This document shows positions 30,021 through 40,355 of a stretch of DNA of 64,000 bases, piece by piece. A program made the translations under genes and the position numbers. Under the pieces are notes generated by a model. That model searched no databases, was not told where the DNA came from, and saw nothing but the letters and a program-made list of their open reading frames with translations. How positions within the stretch are numbered: the first letter of the stretch is position 1; each line of letters begins with the position of its first letter. Origin of the DNA: an uncultured bacterium (lineage in GTDB: Bacteria; Verrucomicrobiota; Verrucomicrobiia; Limisphaerales; UBA8199). The stretch spans positions 448,001 through 512,000 of the forward strand of contig CAVVMW010000015.1 in assembly GCA_963749495.1 (NCBI GenBank), in the 5' to 3' direction.

Positions 30021-31076
30021 ATGACCTTCGCCCACCCTCAGATCCTCTGGCTGCTGCTGGTGTTTCCGCCGGCGCTGCTTGGCTTTTTCTGGTGGTCTTG
30101 GCGCCGGCGCCAGGAGTTGAGGACTCGATTCATTCAGGGGCGCCTGTTGCCGGGGCTGATCGTCGGCTTCTCGGCCACGCGCCAGAAGGTCCGCCTGGGC
30201 TGCGTGGTCCTGGCCGTCGTGTGCCTGGTCCTGGCATTGGCCCGGCCGCAATGGGGCTACGACTGGATGGAGGCCAAGGTGCGTGGGTTGGACATCGTGG
30301 TGGCCATCGACACCTCCAAGAGCATGCTGGCCGAGGACATTGCGCCCAACCGGCTGGCACGGGCCAAGCTGGCCGCCCTGGACTTGATGCAGCGCGCCCG
30401 AACCGACCGCCTCGGCCTGGTCGCCTTCGCCGGCTCGGCCTTCCTCCAATGCCCGCTGACCATCGACGACTCCGCCTTCCGTCAGGGGGTCGAGTTGCTC
30501 AGCGTGAACACCATTCCCCAGGGCGGCACCGCCCTGGCCGAGGCGATCGATACCGCCTTGACCGCCTTCAAAGAGCAAGACAATTACAAGGTCCTGGTCC
30601 TGTTGAGCGACGGCGAAGACCATGATTCGGGCGCGGTCGAGGCCGCCAGGCGGGCGGCCGCCGCCGGCCTGCGCATCTACACCATCGGCATCGGCACCGC
30701 CGCAGGCGAAATCCTCCGCGTCAAGGACCCCAACGGCAACCTCGATTACATCCGCGATGAGCAGGGCAACGCCGTCAAATCGCGCTTGGACGAAAAGCTC
30801 TTGCAGGAAATCGCCGGCGCCACCGAAGGCGGCTTCTACCTGCCGCTGCGCGGAGCCAAGGTCATCGACACCCTTTACGACCAATGGCTGGCCAAATTGC
30901 CCAAGTCCGAACACCAGGAGAAGTTCGTCCGGCGCTACCACGAACGTTACCACTGGCCGCTGGCCCTGGCGCTTGCCCTGCTGCTGGTCGAAACCCTTCT
31001 CCCCGAACGCAAACGGCGCGCCGCAGCACAGGCCGCGGTCCAGCCGGCGGTCGGGGTTGAGGCGGTGAAACGTTAA
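30021..31076 (+). CDS. batB: BatB-like VWA protein
   Basis: ALARPQWG, DTSKSMLAEDIAPNRL, LSDGEDH. Confidence 0.93.
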   Translation: MTFAHPQILWLLLVFPPALLGFFWWSWRRRQELRTRFIQGRLLPGLIVGFSATRQKVRLGCVVLAVVCLVLALARPQWGYDWMEAKVRGLDIVVAIDTSKSMLAEDIAPNRLARAKLAALDLMQRARTDRLGLVAFAGSAFLQCPLTIDDSAFRQGVELLSVNTIPQGGTALAEAIDTALTAFKEQDNYKVLVLLSDGEDHDSGAVEAARRAAAAGLRIYTIGIGTAAGEILRVKDPNGNLDYIRDEQGNAVKSRLDEKLLQEIAGATEGGFYLPLRGAKVIDTLYDQWLAKLPKSEHQEKFVRRYHERYHWPLALALALLLVETLLPERKRRAAAQAAVQPAVGVEAVKR

Positions 31077-31177
31077 AGCACATTAAGGCCGTGCAAGAAC
31101 ACGAATCGGAAGAATCCACAGGCAGATTGAAAACTGCAAAGTGCAAAGTGCAAAGTGCAAAGTGCGGCCGGAGGCCT

Positions 31178-32113
31178 ATGACCGGCTGCACCAATTTTCA
31201 ATTTTCAATTTCTTTTCCGCGTCGTGTGTCTGGTTCTGGCTGCGCCTGCCTGCTCCTCCTGCCGGCCCTGCTCCTGTGGCCCGGCTCAATTCTCGGCTCT
31301 CCAGCCGGCGCCCTGCGGGAATACAAGAGCGGGCAGTACGAGCAGGCGCTCAAGGAGTACCAACGTTTGCTCCAGCGCAAGGGGGACGACCCGCGTCTGC
31401 GTTACAATGCGGGCGCGGCTGCCTATCGCAACCGCCAATTCGACGAAGCCGCCAAACAGCTTGAGGAGGCCCTCAACGCTTCCGACCCGCGGCTCCTGGA
31501 ACGGGCTTACTACAACCGCGGCAATACCCTCTACTACCTCGGGGAACAGGCCCCCGACCCCTCCAAACGCACCGAGACCTGGCAGAAATCGCTCCAGGAC
31601 TTCCAGAACACTCTCAAGCTCAACCCGCAGGACCAGGACGCCAAATTCAACCTCGAGTTCGTGAAGAAGAAGCTCGAAGAACTCAAACAGCAGCAGCAGC
31701 AATCCCAGCAGAACAAGTCCGACCAGCAGCAAAACCAGGATCAGCAGCAGCGACAGCAGCAGGACCAAAGCCAGAAGCAAAACAAGGATCAGCAGCAGCA
31801 ACAACAGGCCCAAGAGCAGAAGCCCGATCAATCCCAGCAACAGCAGGCGCAGCAGCCCAAGCAAGACGACCAGAAGAAACAGCAGGCCGCCCAATCCGAC
31901 GAACAGAAGAAGGAGCAGCAGGCCAAACAATCCTCCGCCCAGCCCAAGGAATCCGATCAAAAGCCGCCGCAGGAGGCGGCCACTCCCGCCGGCCAGATGA
32001 CACCGGAGCAGGCCGCGCAGTTGCTCGATTCCCAGAAGGGCGAAGAGATGATGCTCCCTGCCAATCCCAAAGGCAAACCTGCCGACCGCGCCCGGCCGCG
32101 CAAGGACTGGTAG
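31178..32113 (+). CDS. batC: BatC-like TPR protein with Gln-rich linker
   Basis: YNAGAAAY, YYNRGNTLY, DAKFNLE, poly-Q region, C-terminal KDW; start uncertain. Confidence 0.85.
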   Translation: MTGCTNFQFSISFPRRVSGSGCACLLLLPALLLWPGSILGSPAGALREYKSGQYEQALKEYQRLLQRKGDDPRLRYNAGAAAYRNRQFDEAAKQLEEALNASDPRLLERAYYNRGNTLYYLGEQAPDPSKRTETWQKSLQDFQNTLKLNPQDQDAKFNLEFVKKKLEELKQQQQQSQQNKSDQQQNQDQQQRQQQDQSQKQNKDQQQQQQAQEQKPDQSQQQQAQQPKQDDQKKQQAAQSDEQKKEQQAKQSSAQPKESDQKPPQEAATPAGQMTPEQAAQLLDSQKGEEMMLPANPKGKPADRARPRKDW

Positions 32114-32148
32114 CCGCGAATCCTCTGAGTTATAATTGGCAATAGAGT

Positions 32149-33078
32149 ATGACCCGACCCAAGCCGTACCGGCCGCCGCAAGTTCGCCCGCCCCTGCCGC
32201 GCTCGTTCAAGGACTTCACCCCGGCCAAGCACTTCAATCCTCGCACCTTCTTCCGCGAGATGGTCTGGAAGGCCCTGCTGACCCGGCGCACCGGCACCCA
32301 ACGGCGTCCCCTCTTCCCAAGGCTGACGACCGGCCAGGTGGCCATCACCTGGATTGGGCATGCCTCGTTCCTCGTCCAGTTCACCGACCTCAATGTGCTC
32401 ATCGATCCGAATTTTGCCAACTGGCTGTTCCTGCTCAAGCGGATCAAACGCTCCGGCCTGCGCCTCAAAGACCTGCCCCCCATCGACCTGGTCCTGCTCA
32501 CCCACGCCCATTTCGACCATTTTCACAAGCCGACCCTCCGCCGCCTGCCCCATCCCAAAATCGCCGTCATGCCCTGGGGCACGGGCGACCTGGCCTACAA
32601 CCTGGGCTTCGGACGCATCGTCGAGCTGGAGTGGTGGGAAAGTTTCAAGCACCGGGACTGGACGGTGACGCTGACGCCCTGCAAGCACTGGGGGGCGCGC
32701 ATCCTGCGCGACAACCACCGCGGCTATGGGGGCTTCGTCCTGGAGCACCAGGGCCGCAGCATCTATCACGCCGGCGACAGCGCCTACTTCGATGGGTTCA
32801 AGGAGATCGGCAAGAGTTGCGCCCCGGAGATTGCCCTCTTGCCCATCGGCGCCTACCACCCCGAGTCCTTTCGCCGCGTCCACATGGGGCCCGACGAAGC
32901 CCTCCGGGTCTTCAAAGACCTCCGCGCCCAATGGCTGGTCCCCATGCATTACGGGGCCTTCCGCCTCTCCTTCGAGGACATGGACGAGCCGCCCCGATGG
33001 CTGCGGCAATTGGCCGATGAGCAGGGCCTGACCCGCAAACTGAAGTTCCTCGTCGAGGGCCTGCCGCAGGTGTTTTAG
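32149..33078 (+). CDS. MBL-fold metallo-hydrolase
   Basis: WIGHAS, THAHFDH, YHAGDS, PMHYG. Confidence 0.92.
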   Translation: MTRPKPYRPPQVRPPLPRSFKDFTPAKHFNPRTFFREMVWKALLTRRTGTQRRPLFPRLTTGQVAITWIGHASFLVQFTDLNVLIDPNFANWLFLLKRIKRSGLRLKDLPPIDLVLLTHAHFDHFHKPTLRRLPHPKIAVMPWGTGDLAYNLGFGRIVELEWWESFKHRDWTVTLTPCKHWGARILRDNHRGYGGFVLEHQGRSIYHAGDSAYFDGFKEIGKSCAPEIALLPIGAYHPESFRRVHMGPDEALRVFKDLRAQWLVPMHYGAFRLSFEDMDEPPRWLRQLADEQGLTRKLKFLVEGLPQVF

Positions 33079-33299
33079 ACATTGGTGTGACGGGAGCCGG
33101 AGGCCGGGGACCCCAGTCAGACGCGTCGGACGGGTCCGACGGGTCAGACGGGTCGGACTGGACCACCAGGGGTTACTCTGTGTGCTTTGTTCCCTTTGTT
33201 TGCTTCTGTTAATTTTTTTAGAGTATCTGCTTGACTCCCCAAGGGGTGGGGCGCTACGCTCGGGCTGACTACTATTAGAAGTAGTCTGGTTTTGTCCAT

Positions 33300-33755
33300 A
33301 TGCGATGCCCCAAATGCGGCTGTCTGGACAACAGAGTGGTGGACTCGCGCGCGTCGCGCGAAGGGGCGACGATTCGGCGACGGCGGGAGTGCATCTCCTG
33401 CGGGTTTCGCTTCACGACCTACGAAGAGATCGAGCGCACGGGCCTGCTGGTGCTCAAGCGGGACGGGCGGCGCGAGGAATTCTCGAAGGAAAAACTGCTC
33501 CAGGGGATGAAGAAGGCCTGCCAGAAGCGCCCGATCAGCCAGAAGGTCATCGAGGACCTGATCGAGAAGATTGTCAATGAGGTGACCGACCACTATGAGC
33601 GGGAGGTCCCGGCGGAGGAACTGGGCCGGCAGGTCATGGAGGGGCTGCGCCAGATTGACCAGGTGGCTTACGTGCGGTTCGCCAGCGTGTACCGGCGTTT
33701 CCAGGAGGCCACGGACTTCGTTCACGAGGTCAGGAAGCTGGAGGGCAAACAATGA
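33300..33755 (+). CDS. nrdR: Transcriptional repressor NrdR
   Basis: MRCPKC...IRRRREC..C..RFTTYE, ATP cone, VAYVRFASVY. Confidence 0.97.
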   Translation: MRCPKCGCLDNRVVDSRASREGATIRRRRECISCGFRFTTYEEIERTGLLVLKRDGRREEFSKEKLLQGMKKACQKRPISQKVIEDLIEKIVNEVTDHYEREVPAEELGRQVMEGLRQIDQVAYVRFASVYRRFQEATDFVHEVRKLEGKQ

Positions 33756-34303
33756 TCGCCCTTGCCTCGGACTGTCTGCTCTTCGAAATGGCCAACGGGG
33801 AGAGCCTGCCGCTCTCGGCATCGATGATTTCTGTGGAGTTGATGGGCCAGGCTGCAGGGTGGTTCGACCCGGAGTTCGTCGGGCACGCCGCCAACGCAGT
33901 GTTTCATTATTTCAAGCAGGGCTTGGGCCGCAAGACTGTGACCCTAAGCGAATTTGCGCATGCCCTGGAGAAGGTGCTGCGGGGATTCAAAACCCCGGGG
34001 GCCGCCGGCTCCCCTGTCGAGGGCGGTGTAGTGGAATCCGATCTGTGCCGGCTGGCGCATGAATCCGGCGAAGGCCGCGAGCTATTCTTCTTTGCGCTGC
34101 TGCGGGAGGAACTGCGGCAGCGCCTCAAGGGCGCGCCCCGCATCGTGCGCTTCAGCGGCCTGCGCCCATGCGTGATGCAGCTTGCCGGCGCGCGCCGCTG
34201 GAGCGCCCGATGCCGGAGCCTCAAGGACCAGATCCTGCTCTACCTCCGGGGCTGCCTCAGCGCCGAGGGCTCCCAGGAGGAACTTTCCCTGGTGGTCCAG
34301 TAG
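33752..34303 (+). CDS. Hypothetical protein coupled to nrdR
   Basis: ATGA overlap; 183-aa ORF. Confidence 0.75.
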   Translation: MIALASDCLLFEMANGESLPLSASMISVELMGQAAGWFDPEFVGHAANAVFHYFKQGLGRKTVTLSEFAHALEKVLRGFKTPGAAGSPVEGGVVESDLCRLAHESGEGRELFFFALLREELRQRLKGAPRIVRFSGLRPCVMQLAGARRWSARCRSLKDQILLYLRGCLSAEGSQEELSLVVQ

Positions 34304-34337
34304 CCGCTTGACCCTGAGAGCCGCCGCTCAACCTCGG

Positions 34338-35914
34338 ATGAACGGAGAAATCAGCCGGCGTGATGCCGAGGACAAGCCCAATGCCGGGCCCGCTGAGGGT
34401 GGGTTCATCCGCGGCCTGGGCTTCCTGGACTCGACGATGCTGGTGGCGGGTTCGATGGTGGGCTGGGGATCTTCATCGTCTCGGCCGATATCGGGCGGCA
34501 GGTGGGCTCGGCGGGCTGGCTGCTGGCGGCGTGGGTGGTCACGGGCCTGCTGACCTTGAGCGCGGCGCTGAGCTACGGCGAGTTGGCGGCGATGATGCCG
34601 CGGGCGGGCGGTCAATACGTCTATCTGCGCGAGGCCTACGGCCCGCTCCTGGGTTTCCTCTACGGCTGGACGCTCTTCCTGGTCATTCAGACCGGCACCA
34701 TCGCGGCGGTGGCGGTGGCCTTTTCGCGCTTTCTGGGCGTGGTCGTCCGGCCCGTCTCGCCCACCTCCTGGCTCATCCCGCCAATCAATGTCTCGGCCGG
34801 ATACGCAGTGAGCCTCTCCCAACAGCAACTGGCCGCCATCCTGATTGTGGTGGTCCTGACGCTCACCAACATGCGCGGACTGCGCCTCGGCAAGTTCATC
34901 CAGAACCTGTTCACCTCCGCCAAAATCCTCTCGCTGGCGGCGCTCATTGTGTTGGGCGTGACACTCGGGCGCAACCCGGAGGCCATCCGGGCCAACTTCA
35001 GCAACCTTTGGACCCCGCACGGCGTCTGGCCGGTCCAACCGGAGCTCTCGTTCGTGCCCGTGGCAAGCGCGGCGGCGGGGGCGTTCGGCCTGTTCGTCGC
35101 CTTTTGCGCGGCGCAGGTCGGCTCGCTCTTCTCCTCGGACGCCTGGAACAACATCACCTTCACCGCCGGCGAGGTGAAGAACCCCAGGCGCAACCTGCCG
35201 TTGTCCCTGGCGGCGGGCACCGCCCTGGTGACCGCCCTCTACGTCCTGGCCAACGTCGCCTACCTCTGCGTGTTGCCGTTGGACCAGATCCAGCACGCCC
35301 CGGATGACCGCGTGGCCACAGCAGCGGCCCAGGCGGTGTCCAGCGGCGCCGGCCCGCTCATCATGGCGGTGGCTATCATGGTCTCGACCTTCGGGTGCAA
35401 CAACGGCCTCATCCTGGCCGGCGCGCGCGTCTATTATGCCATGGCGCGCGACGGCTTGTTTTTCCGCGCGACCGGCAGGCTCAACGCCAGGAGCGTGCCC
35501 GCCGCCGGCTTGCTGCTCCAGTGCGCCTGGTCGGCCCTGCTCATCCTGCCGCGCACACGGTTGCGCGATGCGCGCACGGGCGCGCCGCTCCTGGACGCCC
35601 GCGGCCTCGAGCAATACGGCAATCTCTACAGCAACCTGCTGGATTACGTCATCTTTGCCGTGCTCATTTTTTATGTCCTGACCATCGCCGGCCTCTTCGT
35701 CCTGCGCCGCAAACGGCCGGAGGCGGAGCGGCCCTACCGCGCATTGGGCTACCCGGCGGTGCCCGCCCTTTACCTGGCCGCCGCCTCCGTCATCATGGTG
35801 GTGCTGCTCCTCTACAAGACCCAGACGACCTGGCCGGGGCTGCTCATCGTCCTGGCCGGCGTGCCGGCTTATTTTATGTGGAAGCGGCGGGGGAGCCGCG
35901 GGTGCCGCCCTTGA
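34338..35914 (+). CDS. APC-family amino acid permease (frameshift near 34465)
   Basis: GSMVGxGIFIV split across frames; SYGELAAMMPRAGGQYVYL, FTAGEVKNP, RPYR. Confidence 0.9.
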
Positions 35915-35980
35915 ACCGCACGGACCGTCCGAAAGCCGTTTGGTGTTTACAGCGCCACTGTCGTCTCCTAATGTTACTGC

Positions 35981-36175
35981 ATGAGTACGGCGGAACTGAT
36001 TTATGAGAGGGCCAGGGCACTCCCAGGCCCCCTGCAGACTGAAGCGTTGCACTTTGTGGACTTCCTTCTCTCACGCCTCGAGGCAAAGCTCGAACATAGG
36101 GAGTGGGCGCAGTTCTCGGCCAGCCAGTTGGCGAGACAGTACTCGCCAGCGGACGCGATTTACGACCAGGATTGA
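35981..36175 (+). CDS. DUF2281-like antitoxin
   Basis: IYERARALP..LQTEALHFVDFL; upstream of MazF-like gene. Confidence 0.75.
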   Translation: MSTAELIYERARALPGPLQTEALHFVDFLLSRLEAKLEHREWAQFSASQLARQYSPADAIYDQD

Positions 36176-36181
36176 GGGGGT

Positions 36182-36523
36182 ATGCGCTATGCGCAAGCTG
36201 ACATCTTGCTGGTTTCGCTGGCCTTCAGCAGCCAGGTTGGCGTGAAACGCAGGCCGGTGATGGTGGCCTACGATTCCGGGGATGACGACATATTGGTTGC
36301 TCCGATAAGCAGTCACGCAGGCAGGACGCCTTTTGATGTGACAGTCGCGCATTGGCAAGGTTCGGGGTTGCGAATTCCTTCGGTCGTACGAGTTGACAAA
36401 TTGGCCACTGTTGAAAAATCGGCCGTTATTCGCCCGCTTGGGAGAATGGTTCCTGCGGACTGGGCTGACATCAAGGCGGCGTTGCAAAGGCTCTTCGAGA
36501 CGGTCCTTCCTGGCGGAACCTGA
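36182..36523 (+). CDS. PemK/MazF-family toxin
   Basis: KRRPVMV, VAPISS, GLRIPSVVRVDKLATV. Confidence 0.85.
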   Translation: MRYAQADILLVSLAFSSQVGVKRRPVMVAYDSGDDDILVAPISSHAGRTPFDVTVAHWQGSGLRIPSVVRVDKLATVEKSAVIRPLGRMVPADWADIKAALQRLFETVLPGGT

Positions 36524-36557
36524 TAACCGGGGGCAACCAATCAATGACACTCAACCC

Positions 36558-38126
36558 GTGAACTTGTTGCGACGAAAGAGTGTGACCGACCTGCAGGCTG
36601 AGGCGCTGGCGGATCGGAGCCTCAAACGCGCCCTGGGGCCGTTGAATCTGACCACGCTCGGCATCGGGGCCATCATCGGGACCGGCATCTTCGTCCTGAC
36701 CGGGACGGCTGCCGCCCTGAATGCCGGCCCGGCGGTGGTTCTCTCCTTCGTGTTTGCCGGCGTGGCCTCGGCGTTTGCCGCTCTCTGTTACTCCGAATTC
36801 GCCTCGCTCGTCCCGATGTCCGGCAGCGCCTATACTTACGCCTACGCGACGCTCGGAGAGATTTTTGCCTGGATCATCGGCTGGGACCTGGCCCTCGAAT
36901 ACGCGGTCGGGGCGATCACCGTGTCGGTAGGCTGGTCCGGCTATGTGGTTTCGCTCCTGAGAGACTTCGGGATCTACATTCCGCCACAACTCTCCGCCGC
37001 CCGGGGCATCGAGTTGGTGGACCTTCCGGCCGCTCTGGCCGCTTCCTTGAAAGTGAACGTTGGATGGAATGCCATGAGCGCAGGCCTGGCCGATCATATG
37101 AAGTTGCTGGGCGCCGATCCGGCCAGCCTGCCGCACGTCACGGCGATTTTCAATCTCCCTGCCGTGTTCATCGTTGCCTTCGTCACCATGATGCTGGTAA
37201 TCGGGATCCGGGAATCGGCCGGCTTCAACAATGTGATCGTTTTCCTCAAGATTGCGGTCGTGCTCCTGTTTATCGTCGGGGCCATCCACGCGATCAATCC
37301 CGCCAACTGGCATCCGTTCGTCCCGGAGAACGCGGGGGTCTGGGGCAAATTCGGCTGGTCGGGCGTCATGCAAGGGGCGAGCCTGGTCTTCTTTGCCTAT
37401 ATCGGATTCAACGCGGTCAGCACGGCCGCCCAGGAGGCGAAAAATCCCCAGCGTGACATGCCCATCGGGATCATCGGCTCGCTGGTAATCTGCACCGTGC
37501 TCTACATCCTGGTCTCGGGGATTGCCACGGGCATCGTCCCCTACCTGGACCTCAACGATCCGGCGCCGATTGCACTGGCTGCCGACCGGGCCAATATGGG
37601 TTGGATGGCGCGGGTCATCAAAGTCGGCGCCATTGCCGGCCTTTCGTCCGTGATTCTGGTCATGATGCTCGGGCAAACCCGAGTGTTCTGGACGATGTCC
37701 AGGGACGGCTTGCTGCCTCAATTCGTGAGCAAAGTCCATCCGCGGTTTCAAACTCCCTGGCTCGTGACCATTGCCACGGGCATCGTGGTCGCGTTCTTCG
37801 GCGCGCTCATGCCCGTTCGGGATGCGGGCAACCTCTGCAACATCGGCACCCTCCTGGCCTTTGCCATCGTCTCCATCGGCGTGCTCATCCTCCGGCTGCG
37901 CGAGCCGGACCTGCCGCGGAGATTCAAGACGCCGATGGTCTGGCTCGTCGCCCCCATGGGCGCGCTCTCGGCCTTGGGATTGATGGTTTTCCTGCCGCGC
38001 CTGACCTGGATTCGGCTCGGCGTTTGGTTTGCCATCGGAATGGTCTTCTATCTCTCCTACGGGATGCGCCGCAGCAAACTGGCCCGGACACCCGCCCCGA
38101 CAGCGCCCGTGAACGGCAACCCGTAG
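36558..38126 (+). CDS. APC-family (cationic-type) amino acid permease
   Basis: GIGAIIGTGIF, GSAYTY, FFAYIGF, AQEAKNPQRD. Confidence 0.93.
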   Translation: MNLLRRKSVTDLQAEALADRSLKRALGPLNLTTLGIGAIIGTGIFVLTGTAAALNAGPAVVLSFVFAGVASAFAALCYSEFASLVPMSGSAYTYAYATLGEIFAWIIGWDLALEYAVGAITVSVGWSGYVVSLLRDFGIYIPPQLSAARGIELVDLPAALAASLKVNVGWNAMSAGLADHMKLLGADPASLPHVTAIFNLPAVFIVAFVTMMLVIGIRESAGFNNVIVFLKIAVVLLFIVGAIHAINPANWHPFVPENAGVWGKFGWSGVMQGASLVFFAYIGFNAVSTAAQEAKNPQRDMPIGIIGSLVICTVLYILVSGIATGIVPYLDLNDPAPIALAADRANMGWMARVIKVGAIAGLSSVILVMMLGQTRVFWTMSRDGLLPQFVSKVHPRFQTPWLVTIATGIVVAFFGALMPVRDAGNLCNIGTLLAFAIVSIGVLILRLREPDLPRRFKTPMVWLVAPMGALSALGLMVFLPRLTWIRLGVWFAIGMVFYLSYGMRRSKLARTPAPTAPVNGNP

Positions 38127-38236
38127 GCCGCTGGCTGCCCCTCGACCCTCGACCCTCGGCCCGCAGCCCTCGACCGCCGCATCGAGCATGAACAACCCGG
38201 CCTGGTGCAGCGTCCATTAAGCGAAGGTTTTGGAAT

Positions 38237-38581
38237 ATGAAAACATCGATGCTGGCAGTGCTGGTTTTGGGGGCGGCTGCGTTTTCCCTGCTCACGGGGT
38301 GCGTCGAGCGTCCGGTGTATGTCCAGGGTCCGCCGGTGGCCGCTCCGCCGCCCGTCGAGGGGGTGGTGAGCGTAGCGCCGCCGCCACCTCCGGCGGAAGT
38401 CTATGGGGCCCCGCCCGGGCCGGAGTATGTATGGGTGCCGGGCTCCTGGACGTGGCGTGGGCGTTGGGTCTGGGCGGGGGGCAGTTGGATGGTCCGTCCG
38501 CATCCCAGCGCGATTTATGTGCCGGGCCACTGGCACCGCCGCGGCCATGGTTGGGTCTGGATCGGCGGCTACTGGCGGTAG
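38237..38581 (+). CDS. YXWGXW-repeat lipoprotein
   Basis: Lipobox LTGC; YVWVPGSW, WVWAGGSW, WVWIGGYW. Confidence 0.88.
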   Translation: MKTSMLAVLVLGAAAFSLLTGCVERPVYVQGPPVAAPPPVEGVVSVAPPPPPAEVYGAPPGPEYVWVPGSWTWRGRWVWAGGSWMVRPHPSAIYVPGHWHRRGHGWVWIGGYWR

Positions 38582-38867
38582 CGGCCGCGGCAAGGGATGC
38601 CGGACAGCAACCCTCCGCGGAGCGGGGCGCATCCCGACTGTACCACCGGAGCGCGGCCTTTAGTCCGCTTAGACCGCCCAAGAACCGCTCCACGCTCGAT
38701 TTAGCTGAGGTGCTCAAAGTTCAAAGAACCGAAAGGAGGCCCGGCCTACGAAGAGACCCGAACCAGTTGGCGGGGCGGCCGCTGTAAGCGGACTAAAGTC
38801 CGCGCTCCGATCCCCTGGCATTCGGTAGCGGCCGCGGCAAGGGATGCCGGACAGCAACCCTCCGCGG
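38576..38867. repeat. 45-bp direct repeats enclosing a REP-like palindrome
   Basis: Identical 38576-38620 and 38823-38867; inner IR GGAGCGCGGCCTTTAGTCCGCTTA / TAAGCGGACTAAAGTCCGCGCTCC. Confidence 0.88.
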
Positions 38868-38951
38868 GGCAACCCTTCGCGGTGCGGATTTTTTTAAATC
38901 CGAGCTTGCATTTCTGCCAGGTTCCCGTAGTTTGTCCGCGCCTGCTTGGAA

Positions 38952-39028
38952 GCGAGCGTAGCTCAGTCTGGTAGAGCGTCACCTTGCCAAGGTGAATGTC
39001 GAGGGTTCGAATCCCTTCGCTCGCTCCA
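38952..39028 (+). tRNA. tRNA-Gly(GCC)
   Basis: GCGAGCG acceptor stem, CACC-TTGCCAA-GGTG anticodon arm, GGTTCGAATCC, CCA. Confidence 0.97.
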
Positions 39029-39488
39029 TCTTTGTAATCAACGACTTGCAGAATCACACCTCATTCGGCATAACATTCTCGCATAACACGTTCAACGCTG
39101 TTCAAGCCTGTTCCTGGGAGTAATTTGGTCGCTTCCCAGCCTTCTGGATGACCGCGTTGCTTCGTCTGCGCCGTCATCAAGCCCCACTCAACTCCCAGAA
39201 TCTTCTCTTTGTCCTTGGCCCATTTTGTTTTGGGTGCATCTTTTTCGACCACCCCCTAGCGGATGTCCAACCCCCTCCGCGAGAATTGGCGACATGAACA
39301 GAAAACCACAATTCATGCCGGCGAACCAGGCCTCAGGAACGGACCGGTCCGGCCAAGCGCCAAAACTTCTTGAACGACCTGCCCCGAAGGCCGAGGATGG
39401 CGCACCTTCCGAGATTGCCGCACTTCTTGCTGGACAGCCTGGCAGGGCCTTTGTTATTCCGCACCGCAACAGAGCCAATCGAACCATT

Positions 39489-40271
39489 ATGAAAAAGCAT
39501 CTGAATGTTCTTAGCGCGGCGATTTTGTCGCTCACACTCTTGGCGGCGAACGCGCAGAACGGCCCGCGCGGCGGCATGGGCGGCGCGCCTCCTGGCCCGC
39601 GCTTGGGCGGCGACATGGCGAAACTCTTCGGCGACAATTCCGCCTTCTCCGCCAATCTCGAAATGCACATGGCCGGCGGCGCGGACGCCGGGGAGATCAC
39701 GATGAGGGGCAAAATCGCCTGCCTCGAAGGCAAATCCCGCTTCGAGATGGATATGACGGAAATGAAGAACAGCAAAATGACGCCGAGAAGCGTCGCGCAA
39801 ATGAAGCAAATGGGCATGGACAAAGTCGTCACTATCTCCCGTGCTGACAAAAGCCGTTCCTACACGGTTTATCCCGGGCTACAGGCCTATGTGGAAAGCA
39901 CGAGTCAGGATCCGGATGCCGCCAAGCCTGCGTCTGATTTCAAGATCAACATCACCGAACTGGGCAAGGAAACCGTGAACGGCCACGACTGCGTGAAAAA
40001 CAAAGTCATCGTAACCGGCAGCCCAGGAAAAACCCATGAGTCCATAGTGTGGAATGCGTCCGATCTCAAGAAATTCCCGGTCAAAATCGTCACGGGCGAG
40101 GGCGGCAAGGAGATGACCCTGTTTTTCAAAGACGTGCAGCTTGGCCCACCCGACGCCGCTCAATTTGAGCCCCCGGCGGACTTCAAGAAATACGACAGCA
40201 TGATGACGATGATGCAGCAGGAAATGATGAAGCGGATGGGCGCCGGCAGAGGGATGCCACCCGGCCAATAG
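39489..40271 (+). CDS. Exported DUF4412-like protein
   Basis: Signal peptide ANA-Q; GKETVNGHDCVK, FEPPADFKK. Confidence 0.75.
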   Translation: MKKHLNVLSAAILSLTLLAANAQNGPRGGMGGAPPGPRLGGDMAKLFGDNSAFSANLEMHMAGGADAGEITMRGKIACLEGKSRFEMDMTEMKNSKMTPRSVAQMKQMGMDKVVTISRADKSRSYTVYPGLQAYVESTSQDPDAAKPASDFKINITELGKETVNGHDCVKNKVIVTGSPGKTHESIVWNASDLKKFPVKIVTGEGGKEMTLFFKDVQLGPPDAAQFEPPADFKKYDSMMTMMQQEMMKRMGAGRGMPPGQ

Positions 40272-40355
40272 GGAACGTGCGAGGGTCGCTTAGAGTTCGC
40301 GCAATTCGTGCGTTTGCTGTTGCAACACTGGCGTTTTTTGTCAACCATGCCGGGC

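Noticed and set aside
31690..31960. Poly-Gln tract as a novelty
   Set aside because: Low-complexity Gln-rich linkers are normal in BatB/BatC-type proteins.
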